Shown: positions 24,988 to 38,236 of the stretch, one piece after another
Layout: each line of letters starts with the position of its first letter
Numbering within the stretch: position 1 is the first letter of the stretch
Source: Paecilomyces variotii
Lineage: Eukaryota
Assembly (NCBI GenBank): GCA_004022145.1
Contig: RCNU01000015.1
Length of the DNA stretch: 64,000 nucleotides
Direction: 5' to 3' (one strand)
Position numbers and translations under genes: made by a program
The notes under the pieces: generated by a model
Told to the model about the DNA's origin: nothing
Database searches by the model: none
Seen by the model: only the letters and a program-made list of their open reading frames with translations

Positions 24988-25123
24988 GACTCTTGGTTGA
25001 CATTGTGGCGTCTTTCCAAAAAAAATTCCTGAGCACTCAGAACGTTGCAGTTTCCAGGGGGCCGCTGGATGTTTAGCTATACTATAACCGGCCTGGCTTA
25101 TTATACGGCGGTACATAATAATG
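24988..25123 (-). repeat. Degenerate direct-repeat copy of the 5' end and upstream region of the phosphotransferase pseudogene
   Basis: ctcttggttgac...tctttc...aaattcctga.c.ct.agaac.ttgcagtttcc..ggggccgct..atg.ttag aligns to 22882-22962; the following ctatactataac.ggc.t.gctt..tatacgg...ataataatgg aligns to about 23104-23161. Confidence 0.8.
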
Positions 25124-25369
25124 GGGGAACAGCGAGACAATGGATTCTTACTTGTGGTCCGCAGGTTGGTGATAGTTACGACCATGCTGGAAGCGGTAAG
25201 ACTAACCCAAGACAAAAGCCACATCAAATTACCACAACGAACTCCATCTCATCTAAAACTAAGGCAAAAGGAATAGGTAATTTGTTCTTTTCTCTCCTAG
25301 GAGAAGAGAGGTTCAAAATGCTGAAAAATCAAGAGCAAAATGACCCTGCAAATATACAAAATGATGCTT

Positions 25370-28300
25370 CTAACCAACCCATCTTCTCGCGCTGTAGAAC
25401 ACACGGCCCCAGGGACCGACATCGCCCCAGCTCTCGGAAGAAGGAGGAAGCCAGCTGGCAATGCCGTTGAGGACTGTTCGCTCGGGGTGAGGCATGATGG
25501 CAAGAACACGACCGTCCGGGCTGCGAACACCAGCAATACCCTCGGGGCTGCCGTTGGGGTTGTATGGGTAGGTCATGGTCGGCTTGAGGGTGGTGTTATC
25601 GACGTAGCGTATGGGCGCGAGGTTCTGTTTGACAAGATCCTGGGCGGTGACAGGAGAGCCAGGGGCGAAAGAGGCGCGACCTTCGCCGTGAGCAACGGCA
25701 ATGGGGAGGGAGGAGCCATTCATGCCGTTCAGGAAGACGGAGGGAGAAGATGGGTCTGGGTCGGAAATGCCAACCATGCAGACACGTCCTTCATACTGTT
25801 CGCTGGCGTTGCGCTCGAAGCTGGGCCAGTCCTTGGCACCGGGGATCAGCTCCTTGAGACGGGACAGGAACTGACATCCGTTGCAGACACCGAGAGTGAA
25901 TGTGTCGGGACGTTCAAAGAAGGTCTGGAATTCCTTGCGGGTGTTCTCGTGCAGAAGCACTGACTTGGCCCAACCCTGACCAGCTCCCAGGACGTCCCCA
26001 TAGGAGAATCCACCGCAGGCAGCGAGACCCACGAAGCTGGCAAGGGAAACGCGGCCAGAGATGATGTCAGTCATGTGCACGTCAACGGCAGAGAAACCTG
26101 CGAGGTTGAAGCCAAATGCCATCTCAGCCTGGCTGTTGACACCCTGTTCACGGAGAATGGCAACGCGCGGCTTGTTGCTGAACGGAGACATGCTGCTAAG
26201 GCTGGTGAGGAAGGGCAGGCCCTTGTCCTTAGGGTCGAAAGTGAGGTTCCACGAGAGTCCGGCGTTCCTGTCCTCGAGGATGTTGGCGTATTCCTGGTCA
26301 GCGCAGGCTGCGTTGTCACGAATCTTTTGCATGTGGTAGGAAGTGTGAGCCCAGGTCTGCTGGAGGTTGGCACGGGAATTGCGGTACACCAGCGTCTGTC
26401 CCTGGTAGATAGCAAGGTTCTGTTTGGACTTCTCAGAGACACGACCAATCTTCGTAATCAGACCTGGGGGCGGACCGCATGTAGCGAAGCACGAGCGGAA
26501 CTGCGTCTCATGGCCCTTGCGGACCTGGAAGACTGCACCAAGTTCCTCGTTGAAGAGGGTTTCAACGACGTGACGGGTGTCAGAGCTTGGGCAGATACTG
26601 TCCAACATAATCTCAACACCGCACCGTCCCGCGAACATCATCTCAGCCAGCGTAGTGAAGAGACCACCGTCGGATCGGTCGTGATAGGCGAGGACGATGC
26701 CAAGTTCCTGCAGCTGCTGCGTAGCATCGAAGAAGTCCTTGAGGATTTCGACATCGTGAACATCCGGGCACTGGTCACCGACCTGGTTGAACACCTGGGC
26801 CAGTGCGGAACCACCCAGAGTCTTGCGGCCAAATGAGAGGTCAACGAACATGAGGACCGATTCACCCACGTCTTCGACACGTCGGAGAGTAGGTGTCCAG
26901 GTCTTTCGGATATCGCCGACGGGAGCAAACGAGGAAATGACAAGGGACATAGGAGCAGTCACCTCCTTCGACTCCTTGGTCTTCTCGTCAGTCCACTTCA
27001 TCTTCATAGACATGGAATCCTTTCCAACAGGGATACTGATGCCCAACTTCGGACACAGATCCAATCCGATAGCTTCCACTGCCTCGTAGATGGCAGCACC
27101 TTCGCCAGGATGGCTGCTGGCAGACATCCAGTTTGCGGAGAGCTTGACCCGGCTAAGACGGTCAATGAGGTCTGCAGAAGCGATGTTCATGAGGGCCTCG
27201 GCAACAGCCATACGGGCAGAAGCAGCCGGCGAGATGAGAGCAAGAGTCGGCTTCTCACCCATGGCCATGGCTTCTCCAGTCTTCACACCCTGCATCAAGG
27301 CCGTAGCGGTGACAGACACATTAGAAACAGGCGTTTGCCAAGGTCCCACCATCTGATCGCGGGCAGTTAGACCGCCAACGGTTCTGTCACCGATAGTGAT
27401 CAAGAAAGACTTGGAACCAACAGCAGGGAGAGACAGTACTCTCTTAGCTGCCTCAGCAACCAGTTCCACAGGAGCGGTGATCTGAGGCAGGTATGTCGTC
27501 AGGCTAGCATCGACAGCAGGGAGCTTCAATTTCCGAGAGTCGACAGTCCTGGTCAGTTTCGGGGGCTTGCCGAAGAGGACAGAAAGAGGAAGATCAATGG
27601 GCTTAGGATATTCCTTGGACTCTCTGTCAAGGAGGATGAGTCGCTTTTCCTCCTCAGTGGCACCGCCTGCACGACCGACGACAGAGAAGCCACAACGCTC
27701 GCGCTGGGCAATGGCAGTGAACTTGTTCATTCCCTCTTCTCCGACGGCCATGACGTATCTTTCCTGGGCTTCGCAGCACCAGATTTGCATAGGGCTCATG
27801 CTCTTGTCAGCGTTGTCGATCTCGCGCAGTTCGAATGTAGCGCCCAGGCCGGCATCTTCAATAAGCTCAGGGAGCGCGTTGGACAGTCCACCGGCACCAA
27901 CGTCGTGGATAAACTTGATGGGGTTGTTCTCCCCCATGGCGGTACAGGCATTGATAACTTCCTGTGCTCTGCGCTGGACCTCAGCGTTTCCTCTCTGCAC
28001 ACTGGCGAAGTCCAGATCTGCAGATCCTTCTCCAGAAGCAATACTGGAGGCTGCACCTCCACCCAGACCGATCAACATGGCCGGTCCACCCAAGACGACA
28101 AGGTATGCACCAGTCTTGACGGCACCAGGGTCCTTGAGGGCATGCTGTGGGCGGACGGTTCCAACGCCACCAGCAAGCATGATGGGCTTATGGTAGCCTC
28201 TGAGCTCAGTCTGGCCGTTTCCAATATCGATCTGGGTAAGGAGGGTACGGAAGTAACCGACTGTACAAGGCCTTCCGAATTCGTTGTTGAAAGCAGCACT

Positions 28301-29461
28301 TCCAATAGGGGCCTCGAGCATGATATCCAGACTGCTGGCAATGTGGTTCGGTTTGCCAACATCAAGCTCCCAGGGTTGTCTCAGATCGGGGATCAGGAGA
28401 TCAGAGACACAGTATCCAGCCAAACCGGCCTTGGGCTTGGATCCGCGCCCGACGGCTCCTTCGTCACGAATCTCACCACCGGAACCGGTCGCGGCACCGG
28501 GGTATGGCGACACGGCCGTAGGGTGGTTATGCGTCTCGACCTTGGCCAGGAAATGAACGATTTCCTTCGAGGAAGTCCATTCACCGGTGGTCTGGTTGGG
28601 GGCCCAGAAAACGGCGGGCTCACCCTGAAGCACGGCCGCATTGTCACTGTACGCACTGACCGTAGCTTGGGGGTGCTTCCTGTGGGTGTTTCTGATCATC
28701 GAAAACAAACTGTTAGGCATCTGCTTTCCATCAATGACCCAAGACGCGTTGAACTGCTTGTGTCTACAGTGCTCGGAGTTGACCTGAGCAAACATGAACA
28801 GCTCAACGTCGGTAGGGTCTCGAGCCAGCGGGCCATTGGGACCGTAGGCCTCGACGAGATAGTCAATTTCAGACTCATCAAGTGCAAGACCCAGGCGCTT
28901 GTTTGCCTCTTGCAGTATCTCCTTTGGAGGCTTATCACCAGCGTGGAGCGGAATTGTCTCCAGCTGCTGAGGAGGTAGTTCAGAGAACATCTTGTGGAGG
29001 TCTGGCTCCTCGGTGCCGATGATCTGAGTCATCCGATCGTGAAGCACATCGAGGTAATTGGGCTTTGGCTGCTCAGACTCGGAAAAGAGGCAGGAGATCT
29101 TCATCCCCCGCTCAATTCGCTTGATGGACTGCTTCAGACCGCAGACGTGAGCAATACCAGTAGCCTGAGAGCTCCATGGCGATATCGTTCCAACGCGAGG
29201 CGAAACGTAGTATACGGTGAAGGCGCCATCTTTCGCTTCATCGAAGGTAGGAGGGACGTCGGCGATATCTCCATAACGGAGGAGCTGCTCCAGCACATCG
29301 CGTTCTCTCTCCTGCAGCGGCTGTGCGGTGTGGACATAGTGAATCCATTGCGCGCGGACGTCGAGGGCTCCAATGCTAGCTGCGATAGCACGGCCACGAG
29401 ATCGGGAAAAGGCAACGGAGCCCGGGATAGCCAGATAACTGGCCTGGTCGGAGGAAGTCAT
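25370..29461 (-). CDS. ADE6: Phosphoribosylformylglycinamidine synthase (FGAM synthase, large PurL type), 1363 aa, no intron in the CDS
   Basis: Motifs [87 protein letters not shown] and MPHPER; probable 5'UTR intron about 29561-29481. Confidence 0.98.
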   Translation of the reverse strand: MTSSDQASYLAIPGSVAFSRSRGRAIAASIGALDVRAQWIHYVHTAQPLQERERDVLEQLLRYGDIADVPPTFDEAKDGAFTVYYVSPRVGTISPWSSQATGIAHVCGLKQSIKRIERGMKISCLFSESEQPKPNYLDVLHDRMTQIIGTEEPDLHKMFSELPPQQLETIPLHAGDKPPKEILQEANKRLGLALDESEIDYLVEAYGPNGPLARDPTDVELFMFAQVNSEHCRHKQFNASWVIDGKQMPNSLFSMIRNTHRKHPQATVSAYSDNAAVLQGEPAVFWAPNQTTGEWTSSKEIVHFLAKVETHNHPTAVSPYPGAATGSGGEIRDEGAVGRGSKPKAGLAGYCVSDLLIPDLRQPWELDVGKPNHIASSLDIMLEAPIGSAAFNNEFGRPCTVGYFRTLLTQIDIGNGQTELRGYHKPIMLAGGVGTVRPQHALKDPGAVKTGAYLVVLGGPAMLIGLGGGAASSIASGEGSADLDFASVQRGNAEVQRRAQEVINACTAMGENNPIKFIHDVGAGGLSNALPELIEDAGLGATFELREIDNADKSMSPMQIWCCEAQERYVMAVGEEGMNKFTAIAQRERCGFSVVGRAGGATEEEKRLILLDRESKEYPKPIDLPLSVLFGKPPKLTRTVDSRKLKLPAVDASLTTYLPQITAPVELVAEAAKRVLSLPAVGSKSFLITIGDRTVGGLTARDQMVGPWQTPVSNVSVTATALMQGVKTGEAMAMGEKPTLALISPAASARMAVAEALMNIASADLIDRLSRVKLSANWMSASSHPGEGAAIYEAVEAIGLDLCPKLGISIPVGKDSMSMKMKWTDEKTKESKEVTAPMSLVISSFAPVGDIRKTWTPTLRRVEDVGESVLMFVDLSFGRKTLGGSALAQVFNQVGDQCPDVHDVEILKDFFDATQQLQELGIVLAYHDRSDGGLFTTLAEMMFAGRCGVEIMLDSICPSSDTRHVVETLFNEELGAVFQVRKGHETQFRSCFATCGPPPGLITKIGRVSEKSKQNLAIYQGQTLVYRNSRANLQQTWAHTSYHMQKIRDNAACADQEYANILEDRNAGLSWNLTFDPKDKGLPFLTSLSSMSPFSNKPRVAILREQGVNSQAEMAFGFNLAGFSAVDVHMTDIISGRVSLASFVGLAACGGFSYGDVLGAGQGWAKSVLLHENTRKEFQTFFERPDTFTLGVCNGCQFLSRLKELIPGAKDWPSFERNASEQYEGRVCMVGISDPDPSSPSVFLNGMNGSSLPIAVAHGEGRASFAPGSPVTAQDLVKQNLAPIRYVDNTTLKPTMTYPYNPNGSPEGIAGVRSPDGRVLAIMPHPERTVLNGIASWLPPSSESWGDVGPWGRVFYSARRWVG

Positions 29462-32400
29462 TTTTCAATGATGAACAGCCTTAAGGCAAAAGAAAATGAG
29501 TCGACCAGTAAAAAGAAAAGAAACGAAAAAATATTATTTCGTTGACGAGGGCGAGACTGACCAACGTTCTGTGAAGAACGGCCTCACAGATGCCTCTGCA
29601 GTCCCGGAAACTGCAGTGAAGGCACGAATGCCTGGAAAGAGATAGGGAACGAGATTCGAGAGGAAGTCCCTGGACGTTGGATGCTTCACCGTCGCCATCG
29701 AAAATTATCGTGAAGTCACGCCGACTTCGCCTTCTGGTGGGCGACCGGCCCCGCGCTAAGCCGTTCTTGGCTTATCGGCTGCCCGCGGAGCCTTATCGGT
29801 CACGTGATATACGCAGAATCACCTGGGGATTTTCGATTCTACAGTTGAAGTCATAATCAGTAAAGGACCTTTTTTCTTATAGTAAGCTTGTATATCCATA
29901 TATACTATTTTCTATGGCTAACTATCAGCGGCAGCTGTGGAGGGAAAACGCTCCACTATCAACTTCATTTAGCTTACAAGACACCACAGCGGAAGCCACA
30001 GCGCCTCACAGTTAGGATGAATACTCTAGACTACCTAGAACAAGTCCAAAAATTAGACGTGCCATGTATGTCTCACCAGTAACAATACCTACCGGATCCA
30101 TCGACCACTTTCCGCGACGTTGTTAACCACATCAGTATTGGACGAACGCCCTCAGGGTCTCGCTCCGGTGCTGATCATCCGTCCAACTAACTACCGGCTG
30201 ACTATTGGGTGACTAAGTGATGGGGGAACCTCATCTGGTCTAAGCGTGATTGCCATTGCATATACCCCCACCCTCTATCAGGATCAGACGTAAAGCTTGG
30301 GCAGACGTCCAAGTGCGAGCAGATGGTCCGAGTGTATGAGGTTTAGGAAGACGTGAATACTATTGTTACTGGTCCGGATCGTGATCTTCATGCGTGGCTC
30401 TTTTGTCGTTTGGACGAGTAAGTAAGTAAAAGGGACGAGGTAGGTATGGTATATCCGTTGGAGCGGTAGGCTACTCTAGAGTACTAGATTTTCCTTCCAA
30501 GGAAGTGAATAATACAGTGGTTGATCCCAGAAATGTACACTGTGATGTGTCGCTCGTCACGAAGAATGATCGGGTGGTTGATCGTGAATAATAAATCGCG
30601 CGTAGAAGAACACAGGCGAATTAGACAGGTTTTCTGAGCAGACTAGAAAGAAGTTCGAGACTTTTTTTTTCTCATGTTTATAGTTATCCAATGCCCCGCT
30701 TATCTATGTTCATGAAGATATTAGCTGGTCAATGTGTCATTTTCGAACCTAGCAAAATGAGTAGCAATGTTATTAATGTTTTCGCCAGGAATTACACTCT
30801 GTAGACAGTTGGATTCCCATCATCCTTAAGACTATCCCGTACGATTCGGGCCATAATAATATGTTAATATGTATGTTCTCCGTACTCGACACAGATCCAC
30901 ATTCCGTGCTCAGGGGGCGGGCCCCCAAGTCACGAGCGCCATTTACTTATCAAGGGTCTCCATGATGGATGGAACTATTGATAGTGATCATCGAAAAAAA
31001 AACCATGGCGGGAAACATTCCAAGCTTCAAAACCATGCAAGGACATCCAAAGTGATCTGCCAAGGACATTTCAATAGACGCAACGGAATGTTTCAAAGCT
31101 CGTTCCAAAGCTTGACGAGCTTGACGAAAAGCTTGGTGAAAGCTTGGTTGATCTTTTTTTTTTTTTTCTGACGATGGCAGCTTGTGACCCCCTTAGTCTA
31201 TGGATTGTGTATCTTGCGATGGGAAATGCGATTGTATGTACCAAGGAGCTTAGCAACGTACCCTCTATCTACCATAAGGTCGCCCTTGCAGTATGTATGT
31301 ATTATTACTCAGCTGGCTCTCATAAGATTCAATCCTCTGGCCGATCAACGGAGGCAGGAAGCCGGGTATGAATGATTATTGTCAAACACACCGAGGACAA
31401 TAAGCGGTTACCCCTCGGTAATAATAATACGACATTAATAATATCCTCGGTTACCCCTGAAAGCACGGATGCCATTATTGTACGGGACTGGAGGAGGAGT
31501 GGAAGGGTAAATTAGATCTTAATCATCTTATACACCCGATATGGTAATATGCTCCGGGGAACGGCGCTAGTTTACTGACTAGAAAAATAGCATCCCAGAT
31601 CAACGGGACGAATAACAACATTCTTAGTCACCCACATATGCAGAAGTTATGATCAACCGCCGATGTATTATTAGCAGCTTATGGTACTGGAAGAATTTTT
31701 TTTGTTTTTTTTTTTTTTTCTTCTTCTCCTGATCCTCGTGATCAGTGCGGCGGACCACTTCGTAGAGCTAAACATTCCATAATTCAACCATCAATGTTAT
31801 TGGAGGAGTCAAGTGGCGGAGTTAGTCTCTAGACGGCCACGTTTTTTTTCTTGTCCGGTGGTTTGAGACATGGCCTTGCCACGACTATGGACCAGAAGGG
31901 TGGAAGGATCTGGAGATGAAAGGGTCCTTCCAGGTACTTCGCCTTTGCTGTTGGAGGATCTTGGTACTCCCCTGGTTCCTTGCGGCTGGCTCAACTTTTC
32001 ACACAGAGACCTCACGCAAAGCATCTTGCTAGATCGGGAATAACCCCGCGAGTCTGGACATTATTATTCTTATAGCATACGTACCTAACTCATCTATACG
32101 ACAGTCCCAATGGTGCCCGACGAAACAACCAGGGCCTTGGCACTTTGCCTACAAAGCCCGGGGGCTTGTCCGCTGAGGTGAGACTGGTAACCTCAGTGGT
32201 CCGCCGGAGGTTAAAGCGCGGGAATTTTCTCAAGGCCCTAGCGAGAGAATTGCTCGACATCGATTGCCAAGACGGAGGATTCCTGGCTGCGAAGAGGCCT
32301 GGACCCCCGGTGACCACCGGTTGGAAGTGCTGAGCCACTGCGCGCGGATACTAAAATAAGTTAACGACCATCAGAAGTTCAGAACCATCAGAAGTTGGCG

Positions 32401-35074
32401 ATCTAAAGCCCACTTTGGGTGACAGGTCCCGGTGGGTTGATGCGCCGCGCGGGTGGTGCCAGACCCACTGGCTGGGAGAACAGTCTAAACCCTACGGTTT
32501 TAGGCATATCTGGCCGAGGATTGGGCATTACTTTTGCATCTCCAGATCGGGTAAGTTACATCTCGTCGTGGTGGTGAGGATGGTGGGGGGTCCTGCATAT
32601 CTGCAAAGCTGCTCTTCCGCTATCTTAGTATGTTTGGGAAATATGAACGGCCAGAAGCTGTCACGACCGTCGTCACATGCATGGTCGAAACTGCAATGCA
32701 TCGACTCCGTCTGATATCGGGTCTGAGCCGACTCGTCCATCATATCTATCAGTTGGCGCGAGGTGTAATTCCAATCATCTGCAAGGACTGCATCCTGTGC
32801 TCTAGTTCATATCTAAGCGCTGACTCCAGAGGATCGTTGGAGGGTGTTGACTAGAGTAAATGACCAGTATGGATCAGATTTATTGGTCGACCCTTCCTGG
32901 AAGTGTAATGCGACTTGAACCTCACGTGACAACCTCAGACGTGGGAAACAAACTATTATTCATAAGCAGGCAACTCTGCCGCAGTAGATAAGTTAGGTAG
33001 TTAATGATAATCCAGCTGAGTCAAGTCCTTTTGAGAGACCAACCCGGACAATATCGCACTGAACGATGAAAGTTCTGGTTCTGATCATATGACAGGAAGA
33101 CAATGCACAATAATAGAGACTCGAGAGAAGCACGGTGTACGGCGGGATTCACGTCCGCATTCGGTCTCATTGGCCATACCATACAGGAAAAAAGGGGTGG
33201 GGGGTCATGTTAAACTGCCTGCTCGGGGAAACGAGGAAGTTGTGGACCATGGTAAAGAACGATAATACATAATGTAGGTTCCTGCTCAGTGCTCACACGA
33301 CAATAATATGGTAATGGGGACTGAGGCGCTTGACCTGTCAGCTCGTCTAAGCATCTGGCATGATTTATGATTACATTACCCTCACTGAGACTGGGATCTG
33401 GATTAGGAAGCAGACGATCATTACTCTCCCATAGATATTCTCTCCGTGACAGGTCCCCCTCGCATGATGCAATCGTATCACTCACAAACGCACCGCTTCG
33501 TGAGTGCCAATTGTATGCCGTGTGCGTCTCGATAAGCGATCTCGATCTGCTCTTTTAGCGAGCAGAAGAAACTTGTTGTTGAAAGTCGTGATGTAAGTGT
33601 GAGTAGGCCGCGATAACTTAGCGACTATCCGCAGTGGTTCGGCGTGCGGGGCCGCAGGGCAGAAAAGCATCATGACTGCTGGAAACAGACGCTTGGGCCG
33701 GCGGCCGTGCGCGGTCTCGGCGGGCCTGAGATTCCAGGTTTCTAGGGAACAGGAGAATTTTGGCGCGGTGAGTCGCATTTATGGTTAACTTACGGGATGT
33801 AGTGAGTGAGTGAGTAGTGACTACTAGTTAAGTCTATCATGGGCCTTTCCCTTCCTTGCCTTTCCTTTTCGTTCCTTTCCTTTCAAATCATGGCAACTCC
33901 GGGCGATCAGCCAGTAGTCGACTATGTACCGTAGTATGGTACGATCACGATTCCACTCTGCGGCAGAACCCGTGAATGCAAATCCACAAGGGGGCCGTCT
34001 GGAGTTCTGCCTGACGGGAAGACAGTGGACCCTTCGTTGCTGGTGGAGACTCCTGAACTGGTCATGTTTACTTCTTGAGCATATCAGGGGGTGATATGAT
34101 CTTTTGAATTCGGGAGCGTTGAACGTTTTTCTTATTATTATTATTGTCACCCCCTAGTTTACTGGGCTCCCGTCCGCCGGACTATCTCACGAATACTCTC
34201 CCCCAGATGGTACAGTACAATAAAGAGATGATAATTATAATCATCATTGTAACAATAATATTAACAATATGAATCATACAAATAAGAATACTACAGACAT
34301 CATCGACAGCTCTTTTGATCCATTTCTATTCACACATTGTATCGAATCCAGGCGGTCAGTTGCGTCCTGTAAACAATGAGGACCAGGATGAAGTCTCCTC
34401 GACGGAGGAGTCATAAATAAATACCATAATAATAAATCAATTGAGCTAGAGTACAGTCCTGGATCCACTCTGTCTGATGAGAAGAAGCTGGAGCATGTGA
34501 AATATGACTAGCTCTAGCTAGTCCTCATATTTTTTATTATTATTATTATTATTGTCATGAGTTTAGGCGCTCTGCGAGGTACATGTTCTTTGTTCTTCGA
34601 TGGCTAGGCGCGCAGCATATTACCCGATCTGGTAAGTCGGCACCCGTAGCCGGCGAATCTCGATGCGGCAACCGAAGCATATCCGAAGCACCACCGGGTC
34701 CGAGCCAGTGATCGTCCGCAAACGTTGATATCGCAGCGACGTCAGCCAGACTTTGGACCACTCGATACGGTACATCTCAGGAATACCAGCGGAATACCAC
34801 AGGAATACCACTTTCATCTGGTAGCGATTGGTCCTTGTCGCCGTCCCCACAGGAAATACGGTACGCTCTGTGACCTGATGCCGCTTAGCCTGCAATCGCT
34901 GGCGGATCAACTCTAAAAGAAGATGCTCTGGGAATATAAAGACCTCATGGACCCCCTTCATCTGCTCGGAATGAGAAGGACTATTATTACGACCGCCCAC
35001 CCCCCAGATCGGTTACCCACTCTGCCATCCCGCAGTCGATTCATCAACCAGGACTGACAAGACAACCTTCCAAG

Positions 35075-36943
35075 ATGGCTTCTCCTCACCCGCCGGAGGA
35101 TGAGACGGCTGCACAGCCAGCATCACGGACCAGGACCTGGGGTTCCCTGCCTGGACAGACTGATCCACTAGACCTACCCCTCCGCGAGCTGAACGACAAT
35201 GCCAACCTGGACGAGTTCACCTCGGAGACCCGGACGGGCAACATCATCAAGCCCGTCAAGTCGAATGTCACGGGCCAGATGGAAGATTGGAAACTAGTTA
35301 CTTTCAAGATCGACGATCCCGAGAATCCCAAGAACTGGTCCAAGGCCAAGAAGTGGTGGTGCACAATGTGTGTCGCGTGGACTTGTTTCGTGGTTGCTTT
35401 CGCCAGTGGTGTTATCACAGCAGGTCTCGAAGGCCCCGAGAGGACGTTCCATGTCTCGGAGGAGGTTGCGTTGCTTACCATCACCGTCTTCGTCGTGGGC
35501 TTTGGTGTTGGTATGTATTTATTTACCTCTCCTCAAGAAGCTTCACGCCGATGGAATTGACTAACGACCACACTTGCTCAGGACCAATGGTTTTCGCCCC
35601 GCTTTCAGAAGTGATTGGGCGTCGCTGGGTCTATGCAGGCACTCTTCTGGTCGCCGTGATCTTCGAGATCCCCTGCGCAGTGGCCCCCAACATTGGTACA
35701 CTGATCGTGTGTCGAGCAATCGATGGCATTGCCTTCAGTGCGCCCATGACTCTGGTCGGAGGAACTCTGGCTGATATGTGGAAGAACGAGGAGCGTGGTG
35801 TGCCCATGGCCGCCTTTAGTGCAGCACCTTTCGTCGGTCCCGCCATTGGACCCCTGGCTGGTGGTTTCCTCTTCGATAGCGCGGGCTGGCGCTGGCTGTA
35901 CTGGCTCCAGATGATCCTTGCTGGAGTTGCCTGGATTTTGATCACATTCACAGTGCCAGAAACATATGCCCCAACCCTGCTCAAGGCGCGAGCCAAGAAG
36001 CTGAGAAAGCAAGAAAATGATCCCAAGTACGTGACCGAGCAGGAACTCGACTCGCGACCACTCGGAGAGAAGATCAAGATCTTCTTGCTGCGTCCGTTCC
36101 AGCTCCTTTTCATGGAACCCATTGTGCTGTTCATCTCCGTCTACATGTCTGTCCTCTACGGTCTGCTCTACATGTTCTTCGTTGCGTAAGTGACCCCCTA
36201 TCTTCATCCGGTGTCCTAAAAGGGTCGCACAGCTAATGACTGGTAACAGCTTCCCCATCGTCTATGTAGAGGGTAAGGGATACAGTGAGGGTATCACCGG
36301 TCTCATGTTCATCCCTCTCGCCCTTGGAGTGATCATGAGTGCCTTTTGCGCGCCATTTGTCAACAAACACTACCTGAAGGTCTCCGCCAAGTTCAACGGA
36401 AAGCCTCCTGCGGAGTACCGCTTGATCCCCATGATGGTCTCCTGCTGGTTTATCCCCATTGGTCTGTTTATCTTCGCCTGGACCTCATACCCCGATGTGC
36501 ACTGGATCGGACCCGCCATCGGTGGCTGGCCCATCGGATTTGGCTTCATCTTCCTGTACAACTCCGCCAACAACTATCTTGGTAAGTACACCTGTTCGCT
36601 GAAGTCGGATGTTACCCCGCAGAAGCTGACTCTTCCCGCAGTCGACACCTACCAACATCAAGCAGCATCTGCTCTGGCAGCCAAGACCTTCCTGCGATCC
36701 CTCTGGGGTGCCGGTGTGGTGCTTTTCACCGAGCAGATGTACCACCGCCTTGGCTACGAGTGGGCCGGTACACTGCTGGCTTTCCTGGGTCTTGCTTGCT
36801 GCGCGATCCCCTACGTCTTCTGGTTCAAGGGCGCGGCCATCCGTCGTCATTCCCACTTTGCCTACTCTGAGGGGGATGACGAGGCCGCCACCGCAAAGGC
36901 CCTCGACATCGAGAAGGGCAGCCAGGACAGCAACGGCCATTAA
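35075..36943 (+). CDS. MFS drug:H+ antiporter, DHA1 family (Tpo2/Tpo3-like), 4 exons
   Basis: Motifs [58 protein letters not shown] and PAEYRL; about 12 hydrophobic segments; GT..AG introns near 35511, 36186 and 36582. Confidence 0.95.
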
Positions 36944-38236
36944 AAAAAAATCGAAACAAACCAACGCAAAGAAAAGAAACGCCGTCGAAAATGCGTTTCT
37001 TATGCTCGAAGGGCCCCGTTTCATAGAGTGGGCGCACTATTTACATATTCTCATTGCGCGATCCGTTCGCGGTTATAGATCTTGTTATCTCTTTTTTCCC
37101 CCTTTATTCCTTGATATCCGATTTCTCTGATCCGATGTGATCTGATCTGACCCTTCCCGTTTCCTCTCATCCCCACCGCCCTCACTATTTCCACCCTTAT
37201 TTCATTTCCATCCATCTTCTTTTTGTTTATTTTTTCTTTTTTTGACGAACCAGACTCCTGGAACCCTAATGTGTTGCATCACGGGCTATCGATAGTGGAG
37301 TCGGGCGTATCTTGTCGGGTCTTGATGCGGAGCATTTACAGGCAAGGCGTTTGGAAAATTCTTTGTTGGTTTATTTTGTTCATGTATGATAATTGATACA
37401 CTACCCCGAGGCTCGCCTCTGGCTGGGCAGAGTTATCTTCTGCATAGATAAAATACCTCATACATCAATATTACATAATCAGTCAATTGGGCCAGTTTTC
37501 TCCGGGTATTATTACTGTAATTATAATATTAGTTGCTTGCGGAGTCGCGATGGATTGAGTCTAAGGCTCTAAAGTTATTATTACTCTACTCCCCGCGTTC
37601 AGCCTTGAATGATCGATGTAATAATAGTGGATTCAATTTCAGACTAATTATTAATTAATTAACAAATGAATAAATTAACGAATTAACTAATAACTAACGA
37701 ATTATTGACTGATGACATAACCTGCTGATTAATGTGGTATCCCGTGACGGTCCTCGTGTCCCAATGCAGCCGCGGCTAGGGCTTAGGGCTGTCACGTCCC
37801 CGCGGTCACATGACACGCGGCCTCTCAGCGGTCCGCGGGCCGAGTGGAACCCCGATCCTCCCGTTGGAGAAAGTTGGAGTTTAGGATGATTTTAGTTGCG
37901 CGCTCGACTCACTAACGCCCCCCTTGGGATAGCGACCTTTTTCTTCTGCGCCTGTTGACCTCAACCCCATCCCCCATCGCCTGGAACAGATCGAGAAAAA
38001 CATCGAAAAAAAAAGAGAGAAATCAGGACGATGTCGATATAAGACTCTGCCTGGCAGAAGCATGTCCTCCGTCTCCCTCCGCCTCTGCAATCGCCCTCCC
38101 CCCCATTGTCGACTCTCTCTCCTCACCCCGGGTCCTCGGTCCCGCGTCTCGAAATTCCCCGGTGTCCGTGTTTCGTGCTTCCTTCTCTCCGGCTGTGCCA
38201 CGAGCTTGACAGGTTGACGCTGAGCCTGGTGTGTGA

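Noticed and set aside
25340..29545. Long plus-strand ORFs antisense to ADE6 (e.g. 27785-28978, 397 aa)
   Set aside because: Shadow ORFs expected from the codon bias of a long GC-rich gene; no motifs. The same applies to antisense ORFs over TRA1, the MFS, GT90 and the TF.
37774..37790. CTAGGG/TTAGGG telomere-like hexamers upstream of the Zn2Cys6 gene
   Set aside because: Only two imperfect units; a common promoter motif, not an interstitial telomeric array.
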